Below, in pieces: positions 56,628 through 63,587 of a stretch of DNA of 64,000 nt. The position numbers and the translations under genes are program-made. The notes below the pieces were generated by a model. The model did not search any database and was not told the origin of the DNA. It saw only the letters and a program-made list of their open reading frames with translations. Positions within the stretch are counted from its first letter, which is position 1; each line of letters begins with the position of its first letter. The DNA comes from an uncultured Caulobacteraceae bacterium (GTDB lineage Bacteria; Pseudomonadota; Alphaproteobacteria; Caulobacterales; Caulobacteraceae), in the NCBI GenBank assembly GCA_964242255.1, contig CAXTCO010000001.1, positions 8,539 through 72,538 on the forward strand, written 5' to 3'.

Positions 56628-56927
56628 CTACCGGCGCGCAGCTTTGTTGGAGGCGGCAAGCTCGCGGCGCAGCTCGCGGCGCACGTGCGCCAGCAGCGCC
56701 TGCAGCTCCTTCTCCGCCGCTTTCAGGCCAGCGATCTTGGATCCCCGCTGCGCACATCGACGCCGGTACATCCGGAGCACCGGCACGACCGCGACGCTGA
56801 CCGGCGCGTCGCGCAGCAGCCGCCGCAACTCGGGCGGCAGCGCGTCGAACGCCGCCATGCCCTCGCAGGGATCCTCGTCGACCGACTCCACGCCATGGAG
56901 CGGCCGGAAGTTGTTCGACTCGTCCAC
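56628..56927 (-). CDS. Hypothetical phage early protein
   Basis: 99-aa ORF with balanced composition. Confidence 0.5.
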   Translation of the reverse strand: MDESNNFRPLHGVESVDEDPCEGMAAFDALPPELRRLLRDAPVSVAVVPVLRMYRRRCAQRGSKIAGLKAAEKELQALLAHVRRELRRELAASNKAARR

Positions 56928-57217
56928 ACCTCAGGATTCGGGCAAGCGCCGTCGCGCAGCCAGAGCACGAATCAGGAACAGAGAAGATCAGGGGCGGGAG
57001 CGCCCCGAAGCGGAGGGCGAGGCCGGCCTGACTGGACGCGCCGGCGGAGAGCATCCCCTACCCGCCTCCCCGCCGCGTCAATTGACGGGGGACTCGACTC
57101 CGGCTCCGGCCGGGTGTTCCCATTGTGTTCACGGGGGCACAGAACGCGCCAAGGGTGGACCGAGTGGACGAAGTAGCGGCGGGCGGGGTGCCGGAGTCTC
57201 CGCAGGGCTGGGAAGCG

Positions 57218-57427
57218 ATGGCGCTCCTGGCCGTCACGACGGCGGTGGTGCGAGCCCTGCCGTCATGGTCGCGCCGGAAGGTCCGGCGGCGCCTGGCGAC
57301 GGTGGCGGAGGACTGGGAGCGGCGGGAGCCGGAGGACGTCGCCGATCGCGCCATGCGTGCGGCGGCGGGCCGTTTCGTCCGGCCGCTGCTGGCGCAGCTC
57401 GAGTCGGAGGAGGCCGAGAGGCGGTAG
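57218..57427 (+). CDS. Small hypothetical protein (start uncertain; ORF opens at 57125)
   Basis: Third-position GC becomes strong from ATG 57218 (MALLAVTTAVV..). Convergent with the HTH gene. Confidence 0.35.
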   Translation: MALLAVTTAVVRALPSWSRRKVRRRLATVAEDWERREPEDVADRAMRAAAGRFVRPLLAQLESEEAERR

Positions 57428-57434
57428 CGGCCGC

Positions 57435-57689
57435 TCAACACGAGCAGACCGCGGCGGCCGGCGGCAACGGGCGGCCGGCCTCGGCGATGAGGTGGGCGAG
57501 GTCGGGGCGCAACTCGGCAGCGCGGACCTCGCCGCCCGACCAGGCCTGGATCTTCAGGGCGAGCTCAAGCGGGCAATCGACGGCACCGTTCTCGATGTCG
57601 CAGATCCGACCCTTGCTCTTGAGCCCCAGCTCGTGAGCGAGCTGCTCCTGAGAAAGGCCCCGGTCTCGCCGGAGATCGCAGAGCTTCAT
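57435..57689 (-). CDS. XRE-family HTH regulator (Cro/CI-type), leftward arm of genetic switch
   Basis: ATG 57689 (MKLCDLRRDRGLSQEQLAHELGLKSKGRICDIENG). The track ORF opens at TTG 57698. Confidence 0.8.
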   Translation of the reverse strand: MKLCDLRRDRGLSQEQLAHELGLKSKGRICDIENGAVDCPLELALKIQAWSGGEVRAAELRPDLAHLIAEAGRPLPPAAAVCSC

Positions 57690-57698
57690 GAGCGCCAA

Positions 57699-57786
57699 GG
57701 TTCCGGGTTTGGGAACTCCGAGTCAAGGCGCCCCGATCCGCTCCTGGGGGGCGAACGCCGTCGCGCGGGTTCTCAAAATAGGAACG
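57699..57786. promoter_or_regulatory. Divergent switch region with two operator-like palindromes
   Basis: GGTTCC-N7-GGAACT at 57699-57717. GGTTCT-N7-GGAACG at 57768-57786, abutting GTG 57786. Confidence 0.6.
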
Positions 57787-58103
57787 TGGCCGACTCAACC
57801 GAGCACGACTGGCACCTGAAGGCTTGGATCAAGCACTTCGGCAAACGGCAGGCTTCGCTTGTTAACGAGCTCGGGTGGTCAAAGAACCGCGCCAGCATCG
57901 TATTCAATGGTGGAACGCCCTACCGACGCGAGACGGTGAACGAGATCGCCACCTGGCTCGGCGTTGAGCCATTCGAACTTCTGATGCCGCCAGCCGAGGC
58001 GCTCGCCCTTCGCCGCCTACGAGAGACGGCCAGGATTATCGCTGACGGGAGTTTTCCATCATCGCCCGCCACCTCTCAACCTCCGAAAGGTCGATCGAGA
58101 TAA
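57786..58103 (+). CDS. XRE-family HTH regulator, rightward arm of genetic switch
   Basis: GTG 57786, 105 aa. QASLVNELGWSKNRASIVFNG HTH. AT-richer than surroundings. Confidence 0.7.
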   Translation: MADSTEHDWHLKAWIKHFGKRQASLVNELGWSKNRASIVFNGGTPYRRETVNEIATWLGVEPFELLMPPAEALALRRLRETARIIADGSFPSSPATSQPPKGRSR

Positions 58104-58500
58104 CGGTGCCGATGTCCTTGTCCGTGAGGCCGAGTTGATCCTTGAGGTGATCGGCGGTGGCCAGTTGGACGAGCGCGTCGCTTCGGTCCACGTTCGCCTC
58201 AAGCGTCGCCCCCTGCGATCCGATGGACTTGAACACCTCGAACGCCTCTTGGGCTCGCTCCCATCGCGCATACTGGAGGCCAAGGGCAAAGGGCTTGAAG
58301 TCGGAGTGATCTCCCTCGTAGCTCAGAAGCTTTGCTCCGAAGCACCGATCCCTTAGCGCCGACGATTGGCCGATTGGGCAGCTCTCACCGGCTCGCCAGC
58401 CCTTCCCGATCTCCGAGCGGACCGTAGGCTTATTCTCCACGGGCGCATCCAACGGCGTCTGCAGCGCCAGGAGCGCGGCCGTGGCGAGGATCATCAGCAT
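58036..58500 (-). CDS. Secreted hypothetical protein (moron-like)
   Basis: 154-aa ORF. N-terminal signal-like MLMILATAALLALQ. Visibly AT-richer. The 3' end overlaps the 3' end of the rightward HTH gene by 68 nt. Confidence 0.55.
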   Translation of the reverse strand: MLMILATAALLALQTPLDAPVENKPTVRSEIGKGWRAGESCPIGQSSALRDRCFGAKLLSYEGDHSDFKPFALGLQYARWERAQEAFEVFKSIGSQGATLEANVDRSDALVQLATADHLKDQLGLTDKDIGTVISIDLSEVERWRAMMENSRQR

Positions 58501-58554
58501 GGCGTGGCCTCCAGTCCCGGCAGTCAGCCAGCGATCGGCTGAGCACGGAAGGAG

Positions 58555-58607
58555 GGTTCCCGGGTTCGGAACTTTGCGCTTGACGCCAGGTTCCCTTTAT
58601 CGGAACC
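58555..58607. promoter_or_regulatory. Two operator-like palindromes flanking a TTGACG -35-like hexamer, upstream of the rightward early operon
   Basis: GGTTCC-N7-GGAACT 58555-58573. TTGACG 58580-58585. Perfect GGTTCC-N7-GGAACC 58589-58607. Confidence 0.6.
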
Positions 58608-58711
58608 ATGTGCCTCGCCCACCCGGGCCGGGGCCAACCGCGAGACTTCGCGGGGGCGACTCTCCTCCGGCCTAACCCCGCCTCGGGTGGGCGCCCTTCG
58701 CGGAGCGCTCC

Positions 58712-58999
58712 ATGGCCGACGGCACCACCTTTCAGGCTGACTTCGAGGCGAGCCCCGAGGTCATGACGGCCGCCGCCCAGGGGCGGCTCAAGAGCTTCCT
58801 GGAGCGGATCGAGAAGCTGGAGGAGGACCGCGCGGCGGTCGGCGAGGACCTGAAGGAGGTCTACGCCGAGGCCAAGGGCGAGGGCTTCGACACCAAGACG
58901 ATCCGCGCCGTCGTCCGCCTGCGCAAGCAGGACAAGGTGAAGCGCGACGAGGCGCAGGCGCTCCTCGACCTCTACCTCTCCGCGATCGGCGGCCTGTGA
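58712..58999 (+). CDS. gapR: GapR-like nucleoid-associated protein (DUF2312 / UPF0335)
   Basis: 95 aa. LKSFLERIEKLEEDRAAVGEDLKEVYAEAKGEGFDTKTIRAVVRLRKQDKVKRDEAQALLDLYLSAIG closely parallels Caulobacter GapR as I recall it. Confidence 0.8.
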   Translation: MADGTTFQADFEASPEVMTAAAQGRLKSFLERIEKLEEDRAAVGEDLKEVYAEAKGEGFDTKTIRAVVRLRKQDKVKRDEAQALLDLYLSAIGGL

Positions 59000-59328
59000 T
59001 GGGCGGCCCCGTCGACAAGGTCTCGCGCGGCATGCACCGCCTCGCGAAGGAGACCCGGTCCCAGATGGCCGTGGTCGTCTTCCGGCCCGCACCGGACGGC
59101 TCGCTCAACGTCGCCGTCGAGTCCACGGGCGGGCTCTCCTCCTCGGCGCTGGAGATCGCCGCCCACGCCCTCCTGACCTACATCGTCGAGGCGATCGGCG
59201 AGGACGCCGACTGCGGCGAGTGCCCGAACTGCCAGGCGGTGGCCAAGCGCACCGCGGGCGCCGCCGCTCTCCTCGAGGAGGCCGGCTTCCACAAGACGCC
59301 CACGACTTCGGCCGGGGGGGTCCATTGA
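58996..59328 (+). CDS. Hypothetical phage protein
   Basis: 110-aa ORF. GTG 58996 or ATG 58999 overlapping the gapR-like stop. CGECPNC motif. Confidence 0.55.
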   Translation: MMGGPVDKVSRGMHRLAKETRSQMAVVVFRPAPDGSLNVAVESTGGLSSSALEIAAHALLTYIVEAIGEDADCGECPNCQAVAKRTAGAAALLEEAGFHKTPTTSAGGVH

Positions 59329-59747
59329 TGCCCGGCCCCGACGATGCGGCCGACCTCTGGCCGAACAAGTTCGGCCTCACCCCCGCCGACCGCACGCGCA
59401 TGGAGGCCCACTCCGACGTGCTGCTCGAGATCGCCGCGGCGGCCATCCGCCAGGCGAACCCCGGCGAGCCGGTGGACGACGCCCAGGCGGCCTACGTCGC
59501 CGGCTCCGTCCTGGCCCGCCGCGCGGCGCTGACGCGCGCCGAGCTGGCGGAGAACGCGTCGCTCCTGCTGACCGACGCCGCCCTGACGGTCGGTGCGCTG
59601 CGGGAGGACGGCCCCGACCAGCTGATCGTCCACGCCGAGCGCTGCCGCCAGGCCCTCCGGGCCATGTGGAGGAGCGCATGCGACCGCCTTGAGCAGCAGC
59701 TCGCCGAGACCGCGCCGGCCGACGCCCGCCCAGAGGCGACGCACTGA
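59328..59747 (+). CDS. Hypothetical phage protein
   Basis: ATG 59328 shares one base with the upstream stop. 139 aa (MPGPDDAADLWPNKFGLTPADR..). Confidence 0.55.
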   Translation: MPGPDDAADLWPNKFGLTPADRTRMEAHSDVLLEIAAAAIRQANPGEPVDDAQAAYVAGSVLARRAALTRAELAENASLLLTDAALTVGALREDGPDQLIVHAERCRQALRAMWRSACDRLEQQLAETAPADARPEATH

Positions 59748-59908
59748 TGCGCGCGCTCTTCGCCCTGGTGATCCTGGCGGGTTGGCTCGCCTGCGGCCTG
59801 CTCGCCCTGGCGGCCATCCGCCACCCGCGAAGCCGCGGCGAGCGCGTGGTGGGCTGGGTGGGCGGGCTCGCGCTCATCGCGACCATCGTCCTCGGAGCGC
59901 TCGGATGA
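59747..59908 (+). CDS. Small two-TM membrane protein
   Basis: 53 codons, translated by hand: MRALFALVILAGWLACGLLALAAIRHPRSRGERVVGWVGGLALIATIVLGALG. Coupled at both ends. Below the ORF-track size cutoff. Confidence 0.45.
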   Translation: MRALFALVILAGWLACGLLALAAIRHPRSRGERVVGWVGGLALIATIVLGALG

Positions 59909-60285
59909 CGCCGGCGCCCCTCCCCGCCGTCGTGGGCTCGTCCGACGCGCGGTGGACCCGCTTCGCGCGCGCCTACGCCAACTCCCTCGAGGTGCTCGCC
60001 GGCGCGATCGGCCGCCACGACGGCTGCAACATGCTCGGCCGGGACATCCTCGCGTCCCGCTCGCCCGACGCGCTCCGCTACACGCGCCAGGCCGCCGACG
60101 TGCTGGACGACGTGCGCTTGGGCGCGGGCGAGCTCGCCGCGGCCGCACGCCGCGCCGTCGCGGACAACGTCCTGTTCGACGGCCCGCACGATCGGCCCGA
60201 GGCGCTGGACGACCACGAGCCGACGCGTCGGCTGTTGGACCTGGTCGTCGCGTGCGGGGCGCAGATGGCCGAGGCGCTCTCGTGA
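59905..60285 (+). CDS. Hypothetical phage protein
   Basis: ATG 59905 (ATGA overlap), 126 aa. Strong third-position GC. Confidence 0.55.
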   Translation: MTPAPLPAVVGSSDARWTRFARAYANSLEVLAGAIGRHDGCNMLGRDILASRSPDALRYTRQAADVLDDVRLGAGELAAAARRAVADNVLFDGPHDRPEALDDHEPTRRLLDLVVACGAQMAEALS

Positions 60286-60494
60286 GGCGCGCCGCCTGGA
60301 CGGTGGTAGAGCGCAACCGCCTCGCCCGCGTGGTCGCGCGCGGCATGTTCGGTCGGCACCCGCCGCCGCCCGGGCTGGAGCCGCAGGGGATCGACTTCGA
60401 CGTCGTGCGCGCCGTTGTCGCCGCCGGCTACCGCCCGCCTCAGCGCCGGCACCCGCGCCGCACAGACCCGCGGCGCCTGGGAGCGGTGTCGTGA
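60282..60494 (+). CDS. Hypothetical phage protein
   Basis: GTG 60282 (GTGA overlap), 70 aa. Confidence 0.45.
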   Translation: MRRAAWTVVERNRLARVVARGMFGRHPPPPGLEPQGIDFDVVRAVVAAGYRPPQRRHPRRTDPRRLGAVS

Positions 60495-60823
60495 TCGCCG
60501 TCCCCGGTGAGGCGATGGCCTGGGCCCGGGAGTGCCTCGCCGCCGGCGACGCGCCGGAGGAGCTGGCGATGGCGCTCGGCCTCAGCGAGGAGCAGCTGCT
60601 CTGCGCTGCGGGCGTCCACACGCCGATGACGCCGCGCCAGCGCGAGGCCGCGTCCCTGCGCGCCGCCGGCCTCACAGACGCCGAGGCCGCGGGGCGGATG
60701 GAGCGCTGCACGGCGGCCGCCGTCTCCAACCTGCTCAGGACGGCGCGCTCGAACGGCTACGCCATCGCCCTGCGGTCGCCCGGGCGTCAGCCCGACATCG
60801 AAGTCCTGGGAGCCGGCCGGTGA
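60491..60823 (+). CDS. LuxR/sigma-70 region 4-type HTH protein
   Basis: GTG 60491 (GTGA overlap), 110 aa. TPRQREAASLRAAGLTDAEAAGRMERCTAAAVSNLLRTARSNG. Confidence 0.55.
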   Translation: MIAVPGEAMAWARECLAAGDAPEELAMALGLSEEQLLCAAGVHTPMTPRQREAASLRAAGLTDAEAAGRMERCTAAAVSNLLRTARSNGYAIALRSPGRQPDIEVLGAGR

Positions 60824-61230
60824 ACGCGGCCGCCCGCCTCGCCCCGGTCGGGTCCGGCCGTGCCCATGCTCTGGCCAACCACCTCCGTCCCTGGCGCAAG
60901 CGCACCCGCGCCAACGACATCACCATCGAGGCCGAGCCGTTCGTCGCCGGCGGTCGGCCCCGGGTGGTGGCCCGCGTGCCGCGCACCGCCGACACTTATG
61001 CCGACCACGCCCTGGCCGACACGATCGTCGCCTCACTCGAGATCCAGGAGGCCGTCCGCGCGCTGCTGCGCGACGGCGCGGTCTCGCGCGATGGCGAGTT
61101 CACCTACCTGCCGCCCCCGCGCGCCGGCGCGGACGCGATCGCGCGGCTCCAGAAGCTCCTCGAGGCTGCCCCCCCCCCCCTGCTGGGGCGGTGCCTCGTC
61201 TGCAAGGTGAGGATCGCCGATGACGCGTGA
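60820..61230 (+). CDS. Hypothetical phage protein containing an in-frame C12 tract
   Basis: GTG 60820 (GTGA overlap), 136 aa. The C12 run encodes AAPPPL. C-terminal CLVC. Confidence 0.5.
   Translation: MNAAARLAPVGSGRAHALANHLRPWRKRTRANDITIEAEPFVAGGRPRVVARVPRTADTYADHALADTIVASLEIQEAVRALLRDGAVSRDGEFTYLPPPRAGADAIARLQKLLEAAPPPLLGRCLVCKVRIADDA
61169..61180 (+). repeat. Poly(C) tract, 12 nt
   Basis: Counted directly in the sequence. Confidence 0.95.
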
Positions 61231-61367
61231 CGACGAGCTGGTGCTCGCCTGGACCGACGCCGGCTGGAACCCCGACAAGATCGACCGCGCGCTCCTGCGC
61301 GGCCGCGGCTGGGCGCGCCGGCGGCTCGCGCGCCTGCGCCCCGCTCCAGAGCCGGCGGAGGCCGACG
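61220..61367 (+). pseudogene. Coding segment with start but no nearby stop (frame-disrupted gene or frameshift junction)
   Basis: ATG 61220. About 49 codons of strong third-position GC (MTRDDELVLAWTDAGWNPDKIDRALLRGRGWARRRLARLRPAPEPAEADD). Codon bias then collapses in this frame although it stays open to 61843. Confidence 0.4.
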
Positions 61368-61571
61368 ATGCTCTACGACTGGGAGGCGAAGCGCTCGGGC
61401 GCGAACATCACGATCTCGGGGAAGGACGAGACGGGGCAGGTCCGCGCGATCACGGGCGTCGAGAGGGTGGCGCTGACGGCGAACGGGCTGGTGGCCGTGA
61501 CGCTCGCGCGCAAGTTCCACCCGCTGGCGACGACGTCCGGTCCGCCGCAGGCGACGTCGAAGGCGGCCTGA
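61368..61571 (+). CDS. Small hypothetical phage protein
   Basis: ATG 61368, 67 aa (MLYDWEAKRSGANITISGKDETGQVRAITGVERVALTANGLVAVTLARKFHPL..). Good codon bias. +1 frame relative to the preceding segment. Confidence 0.5.
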   Translation: MLYDWEAKRSGANITISGKDETGQVRAITGVERVALTANGLVAVTLARKFHPLATTSGPPQATSKAA

Positions 61572-61581
61572 CGGCCGCTCG

Positions 61582-61623
61582 GCCTTCGCCCCCCCCCCCC
61601 CCTCACATGGAGGGGGCGAAGGC
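61582..61623 (+). repeat. Poly(C) tract of 14 nt (61589-61602) embedded in a 12-bp GC hairpin
   Basis: GCCTTCGCCCCC 61582-61593 pairs with GGGGGCGAAGGC 61612-61623. The loop contains the remaining Cs and ATG 61607. Confidence 0.9.
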
Positions 61624-61749
61624 GCCGCGGCGGCGATCCCGCCCGGCTGCAGCAGCACGAGGTCGAGCCCGGTCGCGGCGTCCCGAACGATTGGGATCGG
61701 GCCCTCTTCGAGCCCTGGGCCGACCGCAAGGCTCGTCGCCTCGCGCAGC

Positions 61750-61917
61750 GTGGGGGAGCTCGGCCGTGACCTCCCCGCGCGCGCCGTCCCGTCCGCCAAG
61801 CTGCGCTTCGCTCGTTGGTTCATCGACGCGAGGTGGTCGGTGAACGCGACCGCCGCCCTCTTCGACCTCGCGCCGGCGGACCTGGCCGCCGCCCTCTCCC
61901 TGCAGGAGGCGGCGTGA
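61750..61917 (+). CDS. Small hypothetical protein (start uncertain)
   Basis: Strong codon bias from ~61768 to the stop at 61917 (..LRFARWFIDARWSVNATAALFDLAPADLAAALSLQEAA). GTG 61750 is the only in-frame start. Confidence 0.35.
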   Translation: MGELGRDLPARAVPSAKLRFARWFIDARWSVNATAALFDLAPADLAAALSLQEAA

Positions 61918-62117
61918 CCTGCCGCCTCGCCCCACGAACCGGAGACGCCGTTGTGACCCCGCTCGCCTCGCCGCGCTGCGCCCCGCCCACGCCCCGCTCC
62001 GCCTGGCTCTCCGCCTGGCTGACCAGTCTCAGCGCACGCCCCGCGGCGCACGTGGGCGTCTTCTTCGGCGTGGGCATGGCCGCGGCGCTGCTGCTGATCG
62101 GCGGAGGGCTGCTCTGA
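61914..62117 (+). CDS. Small membrane protein
   Basis: GTG 61914 (GTGA overlap), 67 aa. C-terminal TM VGVFFGVGMAAALLLIGGGLL. Confidence 0.45.
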   Translation: MTCRLAPRTGDAVVTPLASPRCAPPTPRSAWLSAWLTSLSARPAAHVGVFFGVGMAAALLLIGGGLL

Positions 62118-62434
62118 TGTTCGATCCGCTTTCAGGTCAGGCCGCCGACCAGCTCGATATCGAGGAGTTGGCGCGCACAGCCTACGCCAAGCGCCTGCGG
62201 CTCACGACCAGCAGCGGCCTCAGCGGGACAGCTCACCTGGGTGGCGATCCCGACAAGTTCGTGCACAGCCTTCTCCGCCTCGCCGCCATCGGTCAGGCGT
62301 TCGTCGGCGCCTCGGCCGCAGAGCCTGGCCTGACGCTTCGCAGCGTCCGTGACCGTGTGGCCCGCATCGGCGACGAGCGCGTGGTGGCGCTACTGGAAGG
62401 CCGGTCCGTCGTCGCCGCGCGGGAGGCGCGCTGA
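62117..62434 (+). CDS. Hypothetical phage protein
   Basis: 105-aa ORF. Start shares one base with the upstream stop. Confidence 0.55.
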   Translation: MFDPLSGQAADQLDIEELARTAYAKRLRLTTSSGLSGTAHLGGDPDKFVHSLLRLAAIGQAFVGASAAEPGLTLRSVRDRVARIGDERVVALLEGRSVVAAREAR

Positions 62435-62997
62435 TGCGCACCGGCCGGCCCGACCTCGACGCCATGCTCCGCGTGGCGAGCATCCCCGCCGAGGAGCCCT
62501 GCTTCATCCTCCGCGGGCAGGACGACTGCGCGGTGGAGGCGGTGCGCTTCTACGCCGAGCTGGTGCTGGCGCGCGGCGGCTCGGCCGCCATGGCCGAGGC
62601 CGCCCTGCAGCAGGCCGACGCGATGTCGTGCTGGCCGACGAAGAAGCTCCCCGATGTTGATCTGCCCGAGCACCAGCGCCGGCTGCTCGAGTACCAGCAC
62701 AGCCGCCGTGGAGACGTTCGCTCGGGCGACCTCCCCGTTGCCCATGCCTATGACCAGGGGCGCATCGCGGGCGTGGCGCAGGAGCGGCGCGGAGCCGCCA
62801 GCGTGCTCCTCCTCGAGCACGAGGCGCTCGCCGCCGGGCGGCGCGCCTACATGGCGCATCGCGCGGGCGTCCAGGCCGGCAAGTCCAGAGTCGGGAAGCT
62901 CGCCACCTGGGAGGAGCTTCCCGAAGTCGCGCAAGCGAAGTGGGCGGACACCGCCCGCGCGACTTGGCCGCAGCTCGCGCAGGACGCCGCAGCATGA
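62434..62997 (+). CDS. Hypothetical phage protein
   Basis: 187-aa ORF, coupled at both ends. Confidence 0.6.
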   Translation: MRTGRPDLDAMLRVASIPAEEPCFILRGQDDCAVEAVRFYAELVLARGGSAAMAEAALQQADAMSCWPTKKLPDVDLPEHQRRLLEYQHSRRGDVRSGDLPVAHAYDQGRIAGVAQERRGAASVLLLEHEALAAGRRAYMAHRAGVQAGKSRVGKLATWEELPEVAQAKWADTARATWPQLAQDAAA

Positions 62998-63587
62998 TGC
63001 TCCGCGCCTACCCGCTCGACTGGCCGCCGTCGCAACCGCGGACCGAGCGCCTGAACATCGGCGCCCCGTACGCGTGCAAGGACACGCTGGGCACCGCCTC
63101 GGATCGGATCGACCGCGCACTGGACCTCTCCGGCTTCGGCGCCGTGGTGCTGTCCACCGACATCGTCACCCGGGGCCGCCAGTACGCGACCGAGAAGATG
63201 GCCAGCGACCATGGCGCCGCGCTCGCCTTCGAGTTCCAGGGGCGGCGCTACCACGTGGGCCAGGACGCGTGGGCCCGGCCCCTCCACAACGTCTGGAGCC
63301 TCGCGCTGATGGCCGAGGGACTGCGCCAGACGGTGCGCCACGCCGGAGACGCCCTGTTCGCCCGCATGATCGCGGGCTTCGCGGCGCTCCCCCCACCTCC
63401 GGCCGGCGGCGTCCTCGCGCCGATCGCGGCGCACCAGGTGCTCGGCGTCGCTCCGGACGCGCCTCGGGAGGTGATCGAGGCGGCCTACCGTGCGCTCGCG
63501 CGCAAGCACCACCCCGACCAGGGCGGCTCGGCCGCTGGCATGGCCGCCCTCAACGCCGCCCGCGACCAGCTGCTCCGAGAGGCCTGA
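62994..63587 (+). CDS. J-domain (DnaJ-like) fusion protein
   Basis: ATG 62994 (ATGA overlap), 197 aa. Unrecognised ~135-aa N-domain plus C-terminal HQVLGVAPDAPREVIEAAYRALARKHHPDQGG with the HPD tripeptide. Confidence 0.75.
   Translation: MMLRAYPLDWPPSQPRTERLNIGAPYACKDTLGTASDRIDRALDLSGFGAVVLSTDIVTRGRQYATEKMASDHGAALAFEFQGRRYHVGQDAWARPLHNVWSLALMAEGLRQTVRHAGDALFARMIAGFAALPPPPAGGVLAPIAAHQVLGVAPDAPREVIEAAYRALARKHHPDQGGSAAGMAALNAARDQLLREA

Noticed and set aside
61220-61843. ORF 61220..61843 as a genuine 207-aa protein.
   Set aside because: Third-position GC bias is strong for only the first ~49 codons. The remainder overlaps better-biased frames and reads as Gly/Arg/Pro-rich shadow.
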